Shown one piece after another: positions 9,975 through 19,453 of a DNA stretch of 64,000 nucleotides. The position numbers were made by a program, and so were the translations under genes. Under the pieces are notes generated by a model, which was not told where the DNA came from, searched no databases, and saw nothing but the letters and a program-made list of their open reading frames with translations. The DNA comes from Fibrobacteria bacterium. Lineage in GTDB: Bacteria > Fibrobacterota > Chitinivibrionia > Chitinivibrionales > FEN-1185. The stretch is from contig JBBIGR010000007.1 in the NCBI GenBank assembly GCA_037447435.1, positions 92,701 to 156,700 on the forward strand, read 5' to 3'. Within the stretch, counting starts at the first letter, position 1. The number at the start of each line of letters is the position of its first letter.

Positions 9975-10964
9975 ATGAGTGTGGACATTACGGCCTTGAA
10001 TGAAAAAATCAAAGAAGAAAGCAGTTTCGTAACATTGCTTCGCAACGAAATGGCGAAAGTCATTGTAGGCCAAACTAAAATGGTGGACAGGTTGCTGATC
10101 GGTCTCTTGACCAAGGGACATATATTGCTTGAAGGCGTTCCGGGACTTGCGAAAACCCTGGCCATTTCGACGCTCGCCAAAACGATAGATACCAAATTCC
10201 AGCGTATACAGTTTACACCCGATCTGTTGCCCGCCGACCTTGTCGGTACACTGATTTACAATCAGAAAACATCGGAATTCGTCCCGAAAAAAGGCCCGTT
10301 GTTCTCCAATATCATCCTTGCCGACGAAATAAACCGCGCCCCCGCAAAAGTGCAAAGCGCCCTGCTCGAAGCCATGCAGGAACGTCAGGTGACCATCGGA
10401 GACACCACATACCCGCTCGACGATCCGTTTTTGGTCCTTGCGACGCAAAATCCTATTGAGCAAGAAGGAACGTATCCGCTTCCCGAAGCGCAGGTCGACC
10501 GGTTCATGTTGAAACTGAAAATCGTCTACCCGACAAAGGAAGAAGAAAAGGCGATACTTTCCAAAATGGGAAAAGGCGACGTGCCCGACGTTGCAAAGGT
10601 GATCACCGTTGACAAGATAATAAAAGCCCGCACGGTTGTGAATGAGATTTACATGGACCCAAAGGTCGAAGACTATATCATAAACATCGTGTTTGCGACA
10701 CGGGAACCCGAAAAGACCGGGCTTAAGGACCTCAAAGACCTGATCGCGTTCGGCGCGTCGCCGCGAGCCACGTTGTTTTTGGCCCGCGTTGCCCGCGCCC
10801 ATGCGTTTTTGCGCGGTCGCGGCTATGTCACTCCCGAAGACATCAAATCCGTCGGCCTCGATGTTCTTCGCCATCGCGTGCTGCTTACCTACGAGGCTGA
10901 AGCGGAAAACGTCACGCCGGAAGACGTCATTCAAAAGGTTTTCGACAGCATAGAAGTACCATAG
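9975..10964 (+). CDS. moxR: MoxR family AAA+ ATPase
   Basis: LLEGVPGLAKT, RIQFTPDLLPAD, DEINRAPAKVQSALLEAM, GASPR; ATG after AAGGA SD. Confidence 0.95.
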   Translation: MSVDITALNEKIKEESSFVTLLRNEMAKVIVGQTKMVDRLLIGLLTKGHILLEGVPGLAKTLAISTLAKTIDTKFQRIQFTPDLLPADLVGTLIYNQKTSEFVPKKGPLFSNIILADEINRAPAKVQSALLEAMQERQVTIGDTTYPLDDPFLVLATQNPIEQEGTYPLPEAQVDRFMLKLKIVYPTKEEEKAILSKMGKGDVPDVAKVITVDKIIKARTVVNEIYMDPKVEDYIINIVFATREPEKTGLKDLKDLIAFGASPRATLFLARVARAHAFLRGRGYVTPEDIKSVGLDVLRHRVLLTYEAEAENVTPEDVIQKVFDSIEVP

Positions 10965-10968
10965 TATA

Positions 10969-11979
10969 ATGGTTGTAACCATGGGTATGCTTTTACGAAA
11001 AATTGATTGGTTGATTTGCGGTTGCGCCGTTGCGGCCGCGGCGTTGCCCGTTTTTGCGGAAAAAATCCTGATGTACGACGAGGAAAAAGGCATTATTTTC
11101 GTCGACAAAGACGCCGCGTCATCCAAGCCCGCGCTGCCGCAACCCGTGGACCCAAAAGTAAACGAAAAACCCGTTGTTAAAAAACGACCGCAGGCAACGG
11201 CGCCCCAGAGCGCCAATGTCAATAACGGACTCATTTACGGCAAGAAAAAAGACCCGTCGCACGTCTATTTGGAATCGGGCCTGCAGTATTTCAAGGCAGG
11301 CAATTACGATAATGCGTTGCAAATGTTCATTCACGCCGATTCGATAGACCCGCAACCGTTGTACAGTTTATGGATAGGTAAAACCTATCGCCAGCTCGGC
11401 AAAGGCGATCAGGAATTGTTTATCATGAAACGGATCCTTTCCACATACCCGGACAGCAGCGTGGCTGCCGATGCGTTGTTCGAAATCGGTTTTTATTACC
11501 AAACGTCCGACGATTACGAAAAGGCCGCCGCAACCTATACGCAATTGACAGAGCAATATCCGTTCGGCAAATCGTATTCGAACGGCGAGGAGTTCCGCGA
11601 TGTTGCGAAACGCCTTAAACAAATGATGCGGTCCGACATGATTTCGACCCTGCGCATTCTTGGATATAAAGGGAGCGAGCTGGAAGATTTGTATCAGAGC
11701 TTTCAAAAAGACCACGGTCTGGCCGTCACCGGTCTCGGCAACAAGGAAACGGTTTCGCTCATAAAACAGCAATATCGGGAATTTCAAAACAAAGAGGCGT
11801 CTTCGTCTGCAAAGCAGTCGCAGAACGAAAAATACGTTTCCCTGAGCATCGGGCTCTCGGGTCTGTGCGCTTTCCTTTGCATCATCATGGTGTTTGCCCG
11901 TATTTCGGCACGGGGGAAAAAGCGGCATTGCCTGGCGCTCGCTCAGACGCTTTCCGATCTTGACACGAGGAAAATATGA
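10969..11979 (+). CDS. Exported TPR protein with putative peptidoglycan-binding domain and C-terminal TM helix
   Basis: Signal peptide (AVAAAALPVFA), BamD/CpoB-like TPRs (YPDSSVAADALF), FQKDHGLAVTG motif, hydrophobic C-terminal segment. Confidence 0.65.
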   Translation: MVVTMGMLLRKIDWLICGCAVAAAALPVFAEKILMYDEEKGIIFVDKDAASSKPALPQPVDPKVNEKPVVKKRPQATAPQSANVNNGLIYGKKKDPSHVYLESGLQYFKAGNYDNALQMFIHADSIDPQPLYSLWIGKTYRQLGKGDQELFIMKRILSTYPDSSVAADALFEIGFYYQTSDDYEKAAATYTQLTEQYPFGKSYSNGEEFRDVAKRLKQMMRSDMISTLRILGYKGSELEDLYQSFQKDHGLAVTGLGNKETVSLIKQQYREFQNKEASSSAKQSQNEKYVSLSIGLSGLCAFLCIIMVFARISARGKKRHCLALAQTLSDLDTRKI

Positions 11980-12854
11980 TACCAAAAGAAGTGTTACAGA
12001 AAGTCAGACGAATCGAAATACGCACCCGAAGCATCGTCGAGTCTATTTTGTCGGGCGAATACCAGAGCGTGTTCAAAGGCCGCGGCATGGAATTCTCCGA
12101 AGTCAGGACCTATACGGACGGCGACGACATCCGGTCGATAGACTGGAACGTCACCGCCCGCATGGGACAACCGTATGTCAAGAAGTATACGGAAGAACGC
12201 GAGCTCACGGTCATGCTCGTGGTCGACGCGTCGATGTCGGGGCATTTCGGTTCGGTCGAGCGTTTCAAAGACGAAATCGGCGTAGAGTTGTGCGCGTTAC
12301 TTGCGTTTTCGGCGATAAAAAACAACGACAGGGTCGGCCTCATTATCTTTACTTCCGAGGTCGAGACCTATATCCCGCCCAAAAAAGGAAAAAACCATGT
12401 GCTGCGCGTGATCCGCGAGCTCTTGTACTTTAAGCCGCAAAAAAAAGGGACCAACATAGCCGAGGCGTTTGCGTATCTCAATCGGGTCGTTACAAAAAAA
12501 TCGGTCGTGTTCTGCGTTTCCGATTTCATCGCGACCGGCTACGAAGCCGCGCTTCGCGTTGCTGCGCGGCGTCACGATTTGATTGCGGTCACGCTTTCGG
12601 ATCCCCGCGAAAGCAGCCTGCCGGCCATCGGCCTGGTCGAACTGGTGGATCCCGAAACCGGTAAAACCGTGCTGGTTGACTCGCGCGACAAATCGCTGCA
12701 AAGCATTTTCGCAAACCAAACCGAAAAACGCCGCGGCAATCTCACGTCGTTTTTCAGGGCGAACGGCATCGACGAAATTCCTATCTCGACACAGGGCGAT
12801 TATGTCGAACCCCTGGTAAAATTTTTCAGGAAACGGGAGAAGATGATACGGTGA
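11976..12854 (+). CDS. DUF58 (vWA-like) MoxR-associated protein
   Basis: FKGRGMEFSEVR.Y..GDDIRSIDWNVTAR, EERE, DASMS, SDF. Confidence 0.93.
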   Translation: MIPKEVLQKVRRIEIRTRSIVESILSGEYQSVFKGRGMEFSEVRTYTDGDDIRSIDWNVTARMGQPYVKKYTEERELTVMLVVDASMSGHFGSVERFKDEIGVELCALLAFSAIKNNDRVGLIIFTSEVETYIPPKKGKNHVLRVIRELLYFKPQKKGTNIAEAFAYLNRVVTKKSVVFCVSDFIATGYEAALRVAARRHDLIAVTLSDPRESSLPAIGLVELVDPETGKTVLVDSRDKSLQSIFANQTEKRRGNLTSFFRANGIDEIPISTQGDYVEPLVKFFRKREKMIR

Positions 12855-14029
12855 ACGATTTCATAACGACGGAAGCAAAAAAAGCGTATCCTCTTGCCGT
12901 TTCGATACGGCGAAATTTGCATATGCACCCCGAACTTTCCACAAAAGAGTTCCGATCGGCCAAGCTGGTTTTCGATCATTTAAAGGAATTGGGACTCAAA
13001 CCGTCCTATTGCTGCGACAAGACCGGCGTCACCGCGACCATCGGCAACGGGGCGGGCAAAACCGCGGTCATCCGCGCCGATATGGACGCATTGCCGATTC
13101 ACGAAGAAACGGGGCTTGCTTTTTCATCAAAAGTCCCGGGCGTCATGCATGCCTGCGGTCACGACATGCACACGGGAATACTGGTGGGAGCGGCGCAGGC
13201 GCTTATTGCTTGTAAAGATCGTTGGAAAGGCAACGCGGTGCTTTTGTTCCAGCCGAGCGAGGAAATGGCTCCGGGCGGGGCGGTTTCGATGATACGCGAA
13301 AAGGCGTTTCCGCAGTCCGCCGATGCGGTGTTCGGATTGCATGTGAGCACCGATCACGCCTGCGGTACGGTCGGGCTCAAGAGCGGTCCCGATTATGCAG
13401 GAGTCGTGGATTTCGAGGTCGTTGTAAAAGTAAAGGGCGGTCACGGCGCGGCCCCGGAAACGACCGCAGACCCCATTGTCTGCAGCTGCGCGATAATAGC
13501 TCAATTGCAAACATTGGTGTCGCGCGAATCGCCGTCGCATGAGCCGTGCGTCGTGACCGTGGGTACGTTTCACAGCGGCACCAAACAAAACATTATTCCC
13601 ACCGAAGCGAAATTTTCCGGCACTATTCGCGCATTGTCGGATGCGCATTTGGAATTCCTCCGCGTCCGTCTCGGGGAAATCGTGCTGGCCATTGCGGCGT
13701 CATACAAAGCGCAGGTTGCCGTGCGATACGAAAAAGCCTATCCGCCGGGCTACAACGATCCGGCGTTGACCCAAAAAGCAAAGCAGGTCTTGTCGAAAAC
13801 GCTTGGCGAAAAAAAAGTGCATATGCGCGAAGCGCCGGTCATGCTTGCCGAGGATTTTGCCTATTATCAAAAAAAAGTACCGGGTGTATACGTGCATCTG
13901 GGGGTGCGGCCTTTGCAAAAAAAGAGCGTTCCGGGAATTCACACGCCGTTTTTTGTGCCTTGCGAGAGCGCCATACTGACGGGAATTGCTGTACATGTTT
14001 CGCTGGCAACTGATATTTTATCGGTATAA
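12851..14029 (+). CDS. M20D family amidohydrolase
   Basis: HMHPELS, RADMDALP, MHACGHD, FQPSEE, EDF. Confidence 0.93.
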   Translation: MNDFITTEAKKAYPLAVSIRRNLHMHPELSTKEFRSAKLVFDHLKELGLKPSYCCDKTGVTATIGNGAGKTAVIRADMDALPIHEETGLAFSSKVPGVMHACGHDMHTGILVGAAQALIACKDRWKGNAVLLFQPSEEMAPGGAVSMIREKAFPQSADAVFGLHVSTDHACGTVGLKSGPDYAGVVDFEVVVKVKGGHGAAPETTADPIVCSCAIIAQLQTLVSRESPSHEPCVVTVGTFHSGTKQNIIPTEAKFSGTIRALSDAHLEFLRVRLGEIVLAIAASYKAQVAVRYEKAYPPGYNDPALTQKAKQVLSKTLGEKKVHMREAPVMLAEDFAYYQKKVPGVYVHLGVRPLQKKSVPGIHTPFFVPCESAILTGIAVHVSLATDILSV

Positions 14030-14835
14030 TGGCCACAAAAAGACCCAAAAATCCAAAACAGGTTCTGGACGACATTGCCGATTCTTTCGGTGCGGCCCTG
14101 CGCGAGGCAATCGAGAATTTCGGCGCAATATGCATGTTTTTTTTTCAAACCGCTTTATCGGTACCTGCGTCGCTTAAAAAAACGAATCTGGTTCTGGAGC
14201 AAATGGTCAGAATCGGCATTCATTCGTTGTCCGTGGTTTTTTTGGCCTCGGTTTTCATCGGTGCGGTTTCGGTATGGCAGGCGCAACATCTTATCGGCGA
14301 TATTATCCCTAAAACGTACATATCGTTTGCGGTTGGAAAGGCCTTATTCACCGACCTGGGGCCGGTGCTTATCGCGCTGGTGCTCACCGGCAGGATCGGT
14401 GCGCGTCTCGCCGCCGAACTCGGCACCATGAAAGTGACCGAGCAGCTTGACGCAATGATATGTCTTTCCCTTAACCCGTATTCTTATCTGTTGTCGCCGC
14501 GTATTTTGGCAGGTTTCTTCATGACGCCGTTTCTTATGATTTTTTCCTTTTTCTTCGCGGTGCTCAGCGCACAGCTTCTCACGACGCTGGCGCTCGGCGT
14601 GAGCGTGGAATCGTTCTACAATTCCATGCGGATGTTGTTTCATGTCAACGATATCATGATCGGTATTGTCAAGGGATTCGTCTTCGGCGGCAGCATCGCC
14701 CTGTGCGGGTGTTATTACGGCTTTTTTACGCGCGGCGGCGCGGTCGGCGTCGGCGAAGCGACCAAGAAAGCGGTCGTCGGCGCGTCTATCCTCATTCTAT
14801 TCTTCAATGTCGTTGTCAATTTCATCATGATGTAA
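14029..14835 (+). CDS. mlaE: MlaE family ABC transporter permease
   Basis: LGPVLIAL...GRIG...AELGTMKVTEQLDAM, GGAVGVG. Confidence 0.9.
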   Translation: MATKRPKNPKQVLDDIADSFGAALREAIENFGAICMFFFQTALSVPASLKKTNLVLEQMVRIGIHSLSVVFLASVFIGAVSVWQAQHLIGDIIPKTYISFAVGKALFTDLGPVLIALVLTGRIGARLAAELGTMKVTEQLDAMICLSLNPYSYLLSPRILAGFFMTPFLMIFSFFFAVLSAQLLTTLALGVSVESFYNSMRMLFHVNDIMIGIVKGFVFGGSIALCGCYYGFFTRGGAVGVGEATKKAVVGASILILFFNVVVNFIMM

Positions 14836-14855
14836 ACGCCTCAATAGGGCGGGAT

Positions 14856-15728
14856 CTACGAAATCCGAACCCTGATGAATTCGGCCAGATCGGAAAGGAT
14901 TTGCCCTTTGTCGCCCAAAAAACCGATGTCGTTTTTCGCATTATCAATGAGTTCCTTGGCATAGCGTTTAGACTGCTGCATTCCCACTATCGACGGAAAC
15001 GTGGCTTTGCCTTTTTCCCGGTCGCTTCCCGCATCTTTGCCGATTTGTTCCGTGGTACCTTCTTCGTCGAGAATATCGTCGATTACCTGAAACGCCAGCC
15101 CCACATTGTCTCCGTACGATGATAATTTGTCTATGGCCGATTGCTGCGCATTCGCCAGCATTGCTCCGGCGCGAACGCAGGCGCGGATGAAAACGGCTGT
15201 TTTGTTCTTATGGATATATTCCAGTGTTTCGCGCGTCGCGACCGTACCTTCGCTTTCGATATCGACGACCTGGCCGCCGATCATGCCGCTTGTTCCCAAC
15301 GCGCTTGCTATTTCAACGATGATTTGCGGGTTTCCTATGCGTCCAAGGCATTCGAATGCGTAAATGCACAACGCATCGCCGCCAAGCACGGCAAGTTCTT
15401 CGTTGAACGCCTTGTGCGCGGTCGGTTTGCCGCGGCGGAAATCATCGTCGTCCATGCACGGCAAATCGTCGTGGATAAGCGAGAACGTGTGCAGCATTTC
15501 GACCGCCGACCCGGCAAGCAGCGCCTTGGATTCGCCGAAGGTGCCGCCGCAGGCCTCGTACGACGCCATGATCAGGCAAGGCCTGACGCGTTTGCCGCCT
15601 GCGAAAATGCTGTATCTCATCAGTGAATGCACCGATTGAGGATATGTTTTTTCCTGCGGCAACAATTTGTCGAGCTCCGCGTCGATTGCCGTCGCAACCG
15701 CTTTCATGTAGGTTTTAAGGTCGGTCAT
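14856..15728 (-). CDS. ispA: Geranyltranstransferase / farnesyl diphosphate synthase
   Basis: GGKRVRP, DDLPCMDDDDFRRG, FQVIDDILD; follows xseB. Confidence 0.93.
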   Translation of the reverse strand: MTDLKTYMKAVATAIDAELDKLLPQEKTYPQSVHSLMRYSIFAGGKRVRPCLIMASYEACGGTFGESKALLAGSAVEMLHTFSLIHDDLPCMDDDDFRRGKPTAHKAFNEELAVLGGDALCIYAFECLGRIGNPQIIVEIASALGTSGMIGGQVVDIESEGTVATRETLEYIHKNKTAVFIRACVRAGAMLANAQQSAIDKLSSYGDNVGLAFQVIDDILDEEGTTEQIGKDAGSDREKGKATFPSIVGMQQSKRYAKELIDNAKNDIGFLGDKGQILSDLAEFIRVRIS

Positions 15729-15732
15729 GTTG

Positions 15733-15984
15733 TTATTCCTCGTCAAGCGAGTCGGTAGAGGTATGTAAAACCGATTCAATGAATTGTCCGTCTTTTCCGG
15801 TCAAAAGCTCGGTCAGTTTTCCTTCGGCCGTCTTCAAATGCGTATTGCACGTTTTCATAAGGCCGATGCCCTTTTCGAAATATTCGAGCGCGCTTGTCAA
15901 GGTAAGGTCGGGGCTTTCGAGTTTAGCCACGATTTTCTCAAGGTCTTTAATTGCGGTTTCGAAACTCGGTTCGTTTTTAGGCAT
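15733..15984 (-). CDS. xseB: Exodeoxyribonuclease VII small subunit
   Basis: SFETAIKDLEKIV.KLE, FEKG..L...C...L..AE. Confidence 0.93.
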   Translation of the reverse strand: MPKNEPSFETAIKDLEKIVAKLESPDLTLTSALEYFEKGIGLMKTCNTHLKTAEGKLTELLTGKDGQFIESVLHTSTDSLDEE

Positions 15985-17217
15985 TTATGATAATTCCTTT
16001 GATTTTACGTCAGCCGTTGCCTTACCGGTATGAAAATATATCGTAATCTGGTCGTTGATAATAAGGTCGTCGGCATTTTTTACGGTATTGCCGTTTTTGT
16101 CCGAAACGATGCTGTAGCCGCGCGACATAACTCCAAGCGGGCTTAAAGCCTGCAAGCGGCCTGCGGCGTTGGCAAGCGTGCTTTTTACCTTGTCTAAAAA
16201 TACTCTCATTGCACGCTCGGCTCGGCCCGAAAAATCGTCGAGCGTTTGCGATGCGTCCGATAGCAGCCGCTGTGGTTGCCGCCAGGCCATTTTACGGGCC
16301 ATGGTCCGATGGGTTTGCCTGCATGCCTCGAAATAGGACATGAACGCGCCGTACATATGTTGACATAATGAAATAAAATACCGCGTGTTTTCGGCATCGT
16401 CGGGAATGATCATTTCGGCTGCTGCCGACGGCGTCGGCGCCCGAAGATCTGCGACAAAGTCGGCAATCGTAAAATCGATTTCATGTCCCACAGCCGAAAC
16501 AATGGGGATTTTCGACGCAAAAATCGCACGGGCCACTCTTTCGTCGTTAAAAGCCCAAAGGTCTTCTATGGACCCGCCGCCGCGCCCCAGGATAATGCAA
16601 TCCACTCCGGCGTATCCGTTCATGGTCTCTATGGCCTGCACGATTCTTTGCGGAGCGGCTTCCCCCTGGACCGGTATGTCCAAAACAACGATGTCGGTGC
16701 GGGGCGACCGGGAACGGACAACCTTGATAATGTCGAATAATGCCGCTCCCTGTTTCGAAGAGAGAACGCCGAGCCGGTTAATGGTCGCCGGGATGGGCTT
16801 TTTGCGTGTCGCGTCGAAAAGCCCTTCCTTTTCAAGTTTTTCTTTTAAGGCAAGGAATGCGGCGTATAGCGCGCCGAGGCCGGCTTCCTGCATTTTGTGT
16901 ATATCAAGCTGGTAATAGCCGCCTTTTTGATAGACGCGTATCGATGCGATGACCAAAACCTGCATGCCGTCCTGGGGCGAAAATTTCATTTGGGAAAACG
17001 TCTGTTTCCAAATCACGGCCGGGATTTGGGACGAATCGTCTTTGAGCCGCAAATAGCAATGACCGCTGGACGCCTGCTTGAAATTCGACAATTCTCCTTC
17101 GACCCAAACAAGGGTATTGCCGCTTTCGATGATGCGGCTTATTCCGTCGTTGATTTGGGAAATGGTATACGGTTGCTCCGACGTTTGGGGCGTGGCAAAG
17201 GTGAATGCCGCACTCAT
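15985..17217 (-). CDS. xseA: Exodeoxyribonuclease VII large subunit
   Basis: WVEGELSN, SGHCY, RGGGSIEDLWAFN, AVGHEID, APTPSAAAE. Confidence 0.96.
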   Translation of the reverse strand: MSAAFTFATPQTSEQPYTISQINDGISRIIESGNTLVWVEGELSNFKQASSGHCYLRLKDDSSQIPAVIWKQTFSQMKFSPQDGMQVLVIASIRVYQKGGYYQLDIHKMQEAGLGALYAAFLALKEKLEKEGLFDATRKKPIPATINRLGVLSSKQGAALFDIIKVVRSRSPRTDIVVLDIPVQGEAAPQRIVQAIETMNGYAGVDCIILGRGGGSIEDLWAFNDERVARAIFASKIPIVSAVGHEIDFTIADFVADLRAPTPSAAAEMIIPDDAENTRYFISLCQHMYGAFMSYFEACRQTHRTMARKMAWRQPQRLLSDASQTLDDFSGRAERAMRVFLDKVKSTLANAAGRLQALSPLGVMSRGYSIVSDKNGNTVKNADDLIINDQITIYFHTGKATADVKSKELS

Positions 17218-18002
17218 GGAAATTGCAGCCGTTCGTAAACGCGTTTAATGGACAATGCCTTGCCCGATGCATCATCAACCTCGATGACCACGTTGAGCAT
17301 GGGTCCTTTTTCCGACGGCTCGAACCGTGTGGGGGTTTGGAAAAGGAAGCGATGCAAAACGCCTTCCATTTTCATGCCGATCGCCGAGTCTTCGGGGCCG
17401 GTAAGCCCGGCATCGGAAATATAGGCGGTCCCGTTTTGCAAAATGATTTCATCCGCGGTTTGAACGTGAGTATGCGTTCCAATGACCGCGCTTACTTTTC
17501 CGTCAAGATACGCGGCCAAGGCCTTTTTTTCGCTGGTCGCTTCGGCATGAATGTCCACAAGAATGCACGGAGTCGTTTTTCGTATTTCTTCGACAGCGGC
17601 AAGCGCGGTGCGAAACGGGCAATCGAGATGTTCGTTGAAATATACCCTTCCCTGTACATTAATGACGCCGATGCGGCGATTGTCGGGCAGGGTAAAAACG
17701 GTTGTCCCTTTTCCAGGGTTGCAAGCAGGGTAATTGTGCGGCCTGAGAAAATAAGGGTTGGTTTTAAGGTCGTCCATGCAATCCTGATTGGAAAACGAAT
17801 GGTTTCCGCCCGTGACCACATGAACCCCGAATTTATGCAGCTTGGAAAGCAAATTACTGGTAACGCCGTGCCCGCCCGCGATGTTTTCTGCATTCGCAAT
17901 GCACACGTCTATGGCGTTTTCCGTATTGAATGTCTCCAGCCGTTCGGCGAGGATGCGTTTACCGATCGTACCGAAAATGTCTCCGATAAAAAATATTTTC
18001 AT
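17214..18002 (-). CDS. ymdB: YmdB/TIGR00282 family metallophosphoesterase
   Basis: MKIFFIGDIFG, NAEN, GGNH, DIHAEATSEK, GTHTHVQTAD. Confidence 0.93.
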   Translation of the reverse strand: MKIFFIGDIFGTIGKRILAERLETFNTENAIDVCIANAENIAGGHGVTSNLLSKLHKFGVHVVTGGNHSFSNQDCMDDLKTNPYFLRPHNYPACNPGKGTTVFTLPDNRRIGVINVQGRVYFNEHLDCPFRTALAAVEEIRKTTPCILVDIHAEATSEKKALAAYLDGKVSAVIGTHTHVQTADEIILQNGTAYISDAGLTGPEDSAIGMKMEGVLHRFLFQTPTRFEPSEKGPMLNVVIEVDDASGKALSIKRVYERLQFP

Positions 18003-18248
18003 AGGCCCGTAAAATACCCGATGGCTGCCCTGCCGTGCCACTCGGAATACTTGGGCAGGGGAAAAGCGATTAACCGATAGCCGTAGGATAAAATTTGTCA
18101 TATTTAGGAATGGATATTCCCAATATTACGAATCCGTTTCATTACTGAACAATCGTAAGCAATCGCACCGCCATTGACCTGCAATCGCTTTTCCGTTTTT
18201 TACCATTTCCCCTAAATCCTTCTTATGGCATGTGTTTTGCGAAAGACA

Positions 18249-19328
18249 ATGTCCATGTTTATTCCATTGCATACCATTCATTTTAATTTTGCCAAAACCT
18301 GCAGCCTTTCGTGCCGGTTTTGCTATATCAACACGACTAAAAACCATACGGATTATTTATCCATCGATGAACTTGGTTCGTTTGCGGACGATGCCAAAAG
18401 TTTGGGCGCAAAACGTTTGATACTTTCCCAAGCAGAACCGTTATTACGGGGCGATTGGAGAACCGTTGCCCAAATCGGTAACGACCATGGCCTGGAAATC
18501 TCACTGGATACCACGGCGACGCTGGTCACCGAACCCGACATTCTGTTTCTTAAAACGCTCGCGCCAACATCCCATTCGATTTCCATTGACGGAAGAAAAA
18601 CAACCCACGATTCGCTGCATGGCATCAACGGCGCATACGATTCGTCGATGGCGAGCATGTATCGTTTCAAAGAAGCAGGACTTCAATTCGACATAACCAT
18701 GGCTTTATTGAGAGCAACGATTCCCGATATTCCGCATCTGACCAAATTGGCAAGGACATTCAAAAGTACGGCAAGGTTATCGTTTCGTCGCCGAAGCGGT
18801 AAGGAAATAAGAAGGGGAAACGAATATCCGAATCCGCGGGAGATTTTGCAGGTAAGGGAATATTGCCATATCATGCGGAAAAACGGTATCGATATGTTCC
18901 TGAATCTTCCGCCGTTACTTCAGTATATCGATGGAAGCATCCCGACGCGGGAATCGGTTCGCGAATGGGCAGAACCCTTTTGCGGATTACTTGCCAACGG
19001 CGACGCATCCATTTGCGGCGTCAGCGACGGCGTGCCCCTGCTTTTTGTCGGAAACGTAAAAGCCGAACCATTCAAGGAAATATGGACAAAGGCCGATGCG
19101 TTGAAACGAAGCATCTCTTATGAGGGAAATCGGGTCAACGGGATATGCGGCCGATGTCCCTTTAATTCGTATTGCAATGGCGCATGCCATCTTTGGTCGC
19201 ATCAAGAAGACGATGGTTGCCTTGGATTGCACGGTTTGTGCCAGAACTTTTACGACGAAGGATTTATTCCCGAGAATATTTTAAACCCGCCGATCGCCGC
19301 CGTTGCAAACCTTGAGAAATGTTTATAA
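18249..19328 (+). CDS. Radical SAM/SPASM domain protein (divergent)
   Basis: CSLSCRFC motif, SIDG...HD, C-terminal CGRCPFNSYCNGAC...C; start uncertain. Confidence 0.85.
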   Translation: MSMFIPLHTIHFNFAKTCSLSCRFCYINTTKNHTDYLSIDELGSFADDAKSLGAKRLILSQAEPLLRGDWRTVAQIGNDHGLEISLDTTATLVTEPDILFLKTLAPTSHSISIDGRKTTHDSLHGINGAYDSSMASMYRFKEAGLQFDITMALLRATIPDIPHLTKLARTFKSTARLSFRRRSGKEIRRGNEYPNPREILQVREYCHIMRKNGIDMFLNLPPLLQYIDGSIPTRESVREWAEPFCGLLANGDASICGVSDGVPLLFVGNVKAEPFKEIWTKADALKRSISYEGNRVNGICGRCPFNSYCNGACHLWSHQEDDGCLGLHGLCQNFYDEGFIPENILNPPIAAVANLEKCL

Positions 19329-19453
19329 CAGGGGCTGTAGAAATTTAGACTACGCTTTTTTGCCCTAAACCTCTGTCCGGGCTTTTAAACGGGCCATTTT
19401 AATATATTTTCGTCAAAGGAATAGCCATTTACTTTTAATTGCGCGGAGGACTC

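Noticed and set aside
9945..11234. Long antisense ORFs (also 62409..63773, 25149..26174, 17205..18080)
   Set aside because: They shadow well-supported genes on the opposite strand and show no motifs.
18021..18080. 19-aa ORF MAALPCHSEYLGRGKAINR as rSAM precursor peptide
   Set aside because: No SD, coincides with a palindrome, no leader/core features.
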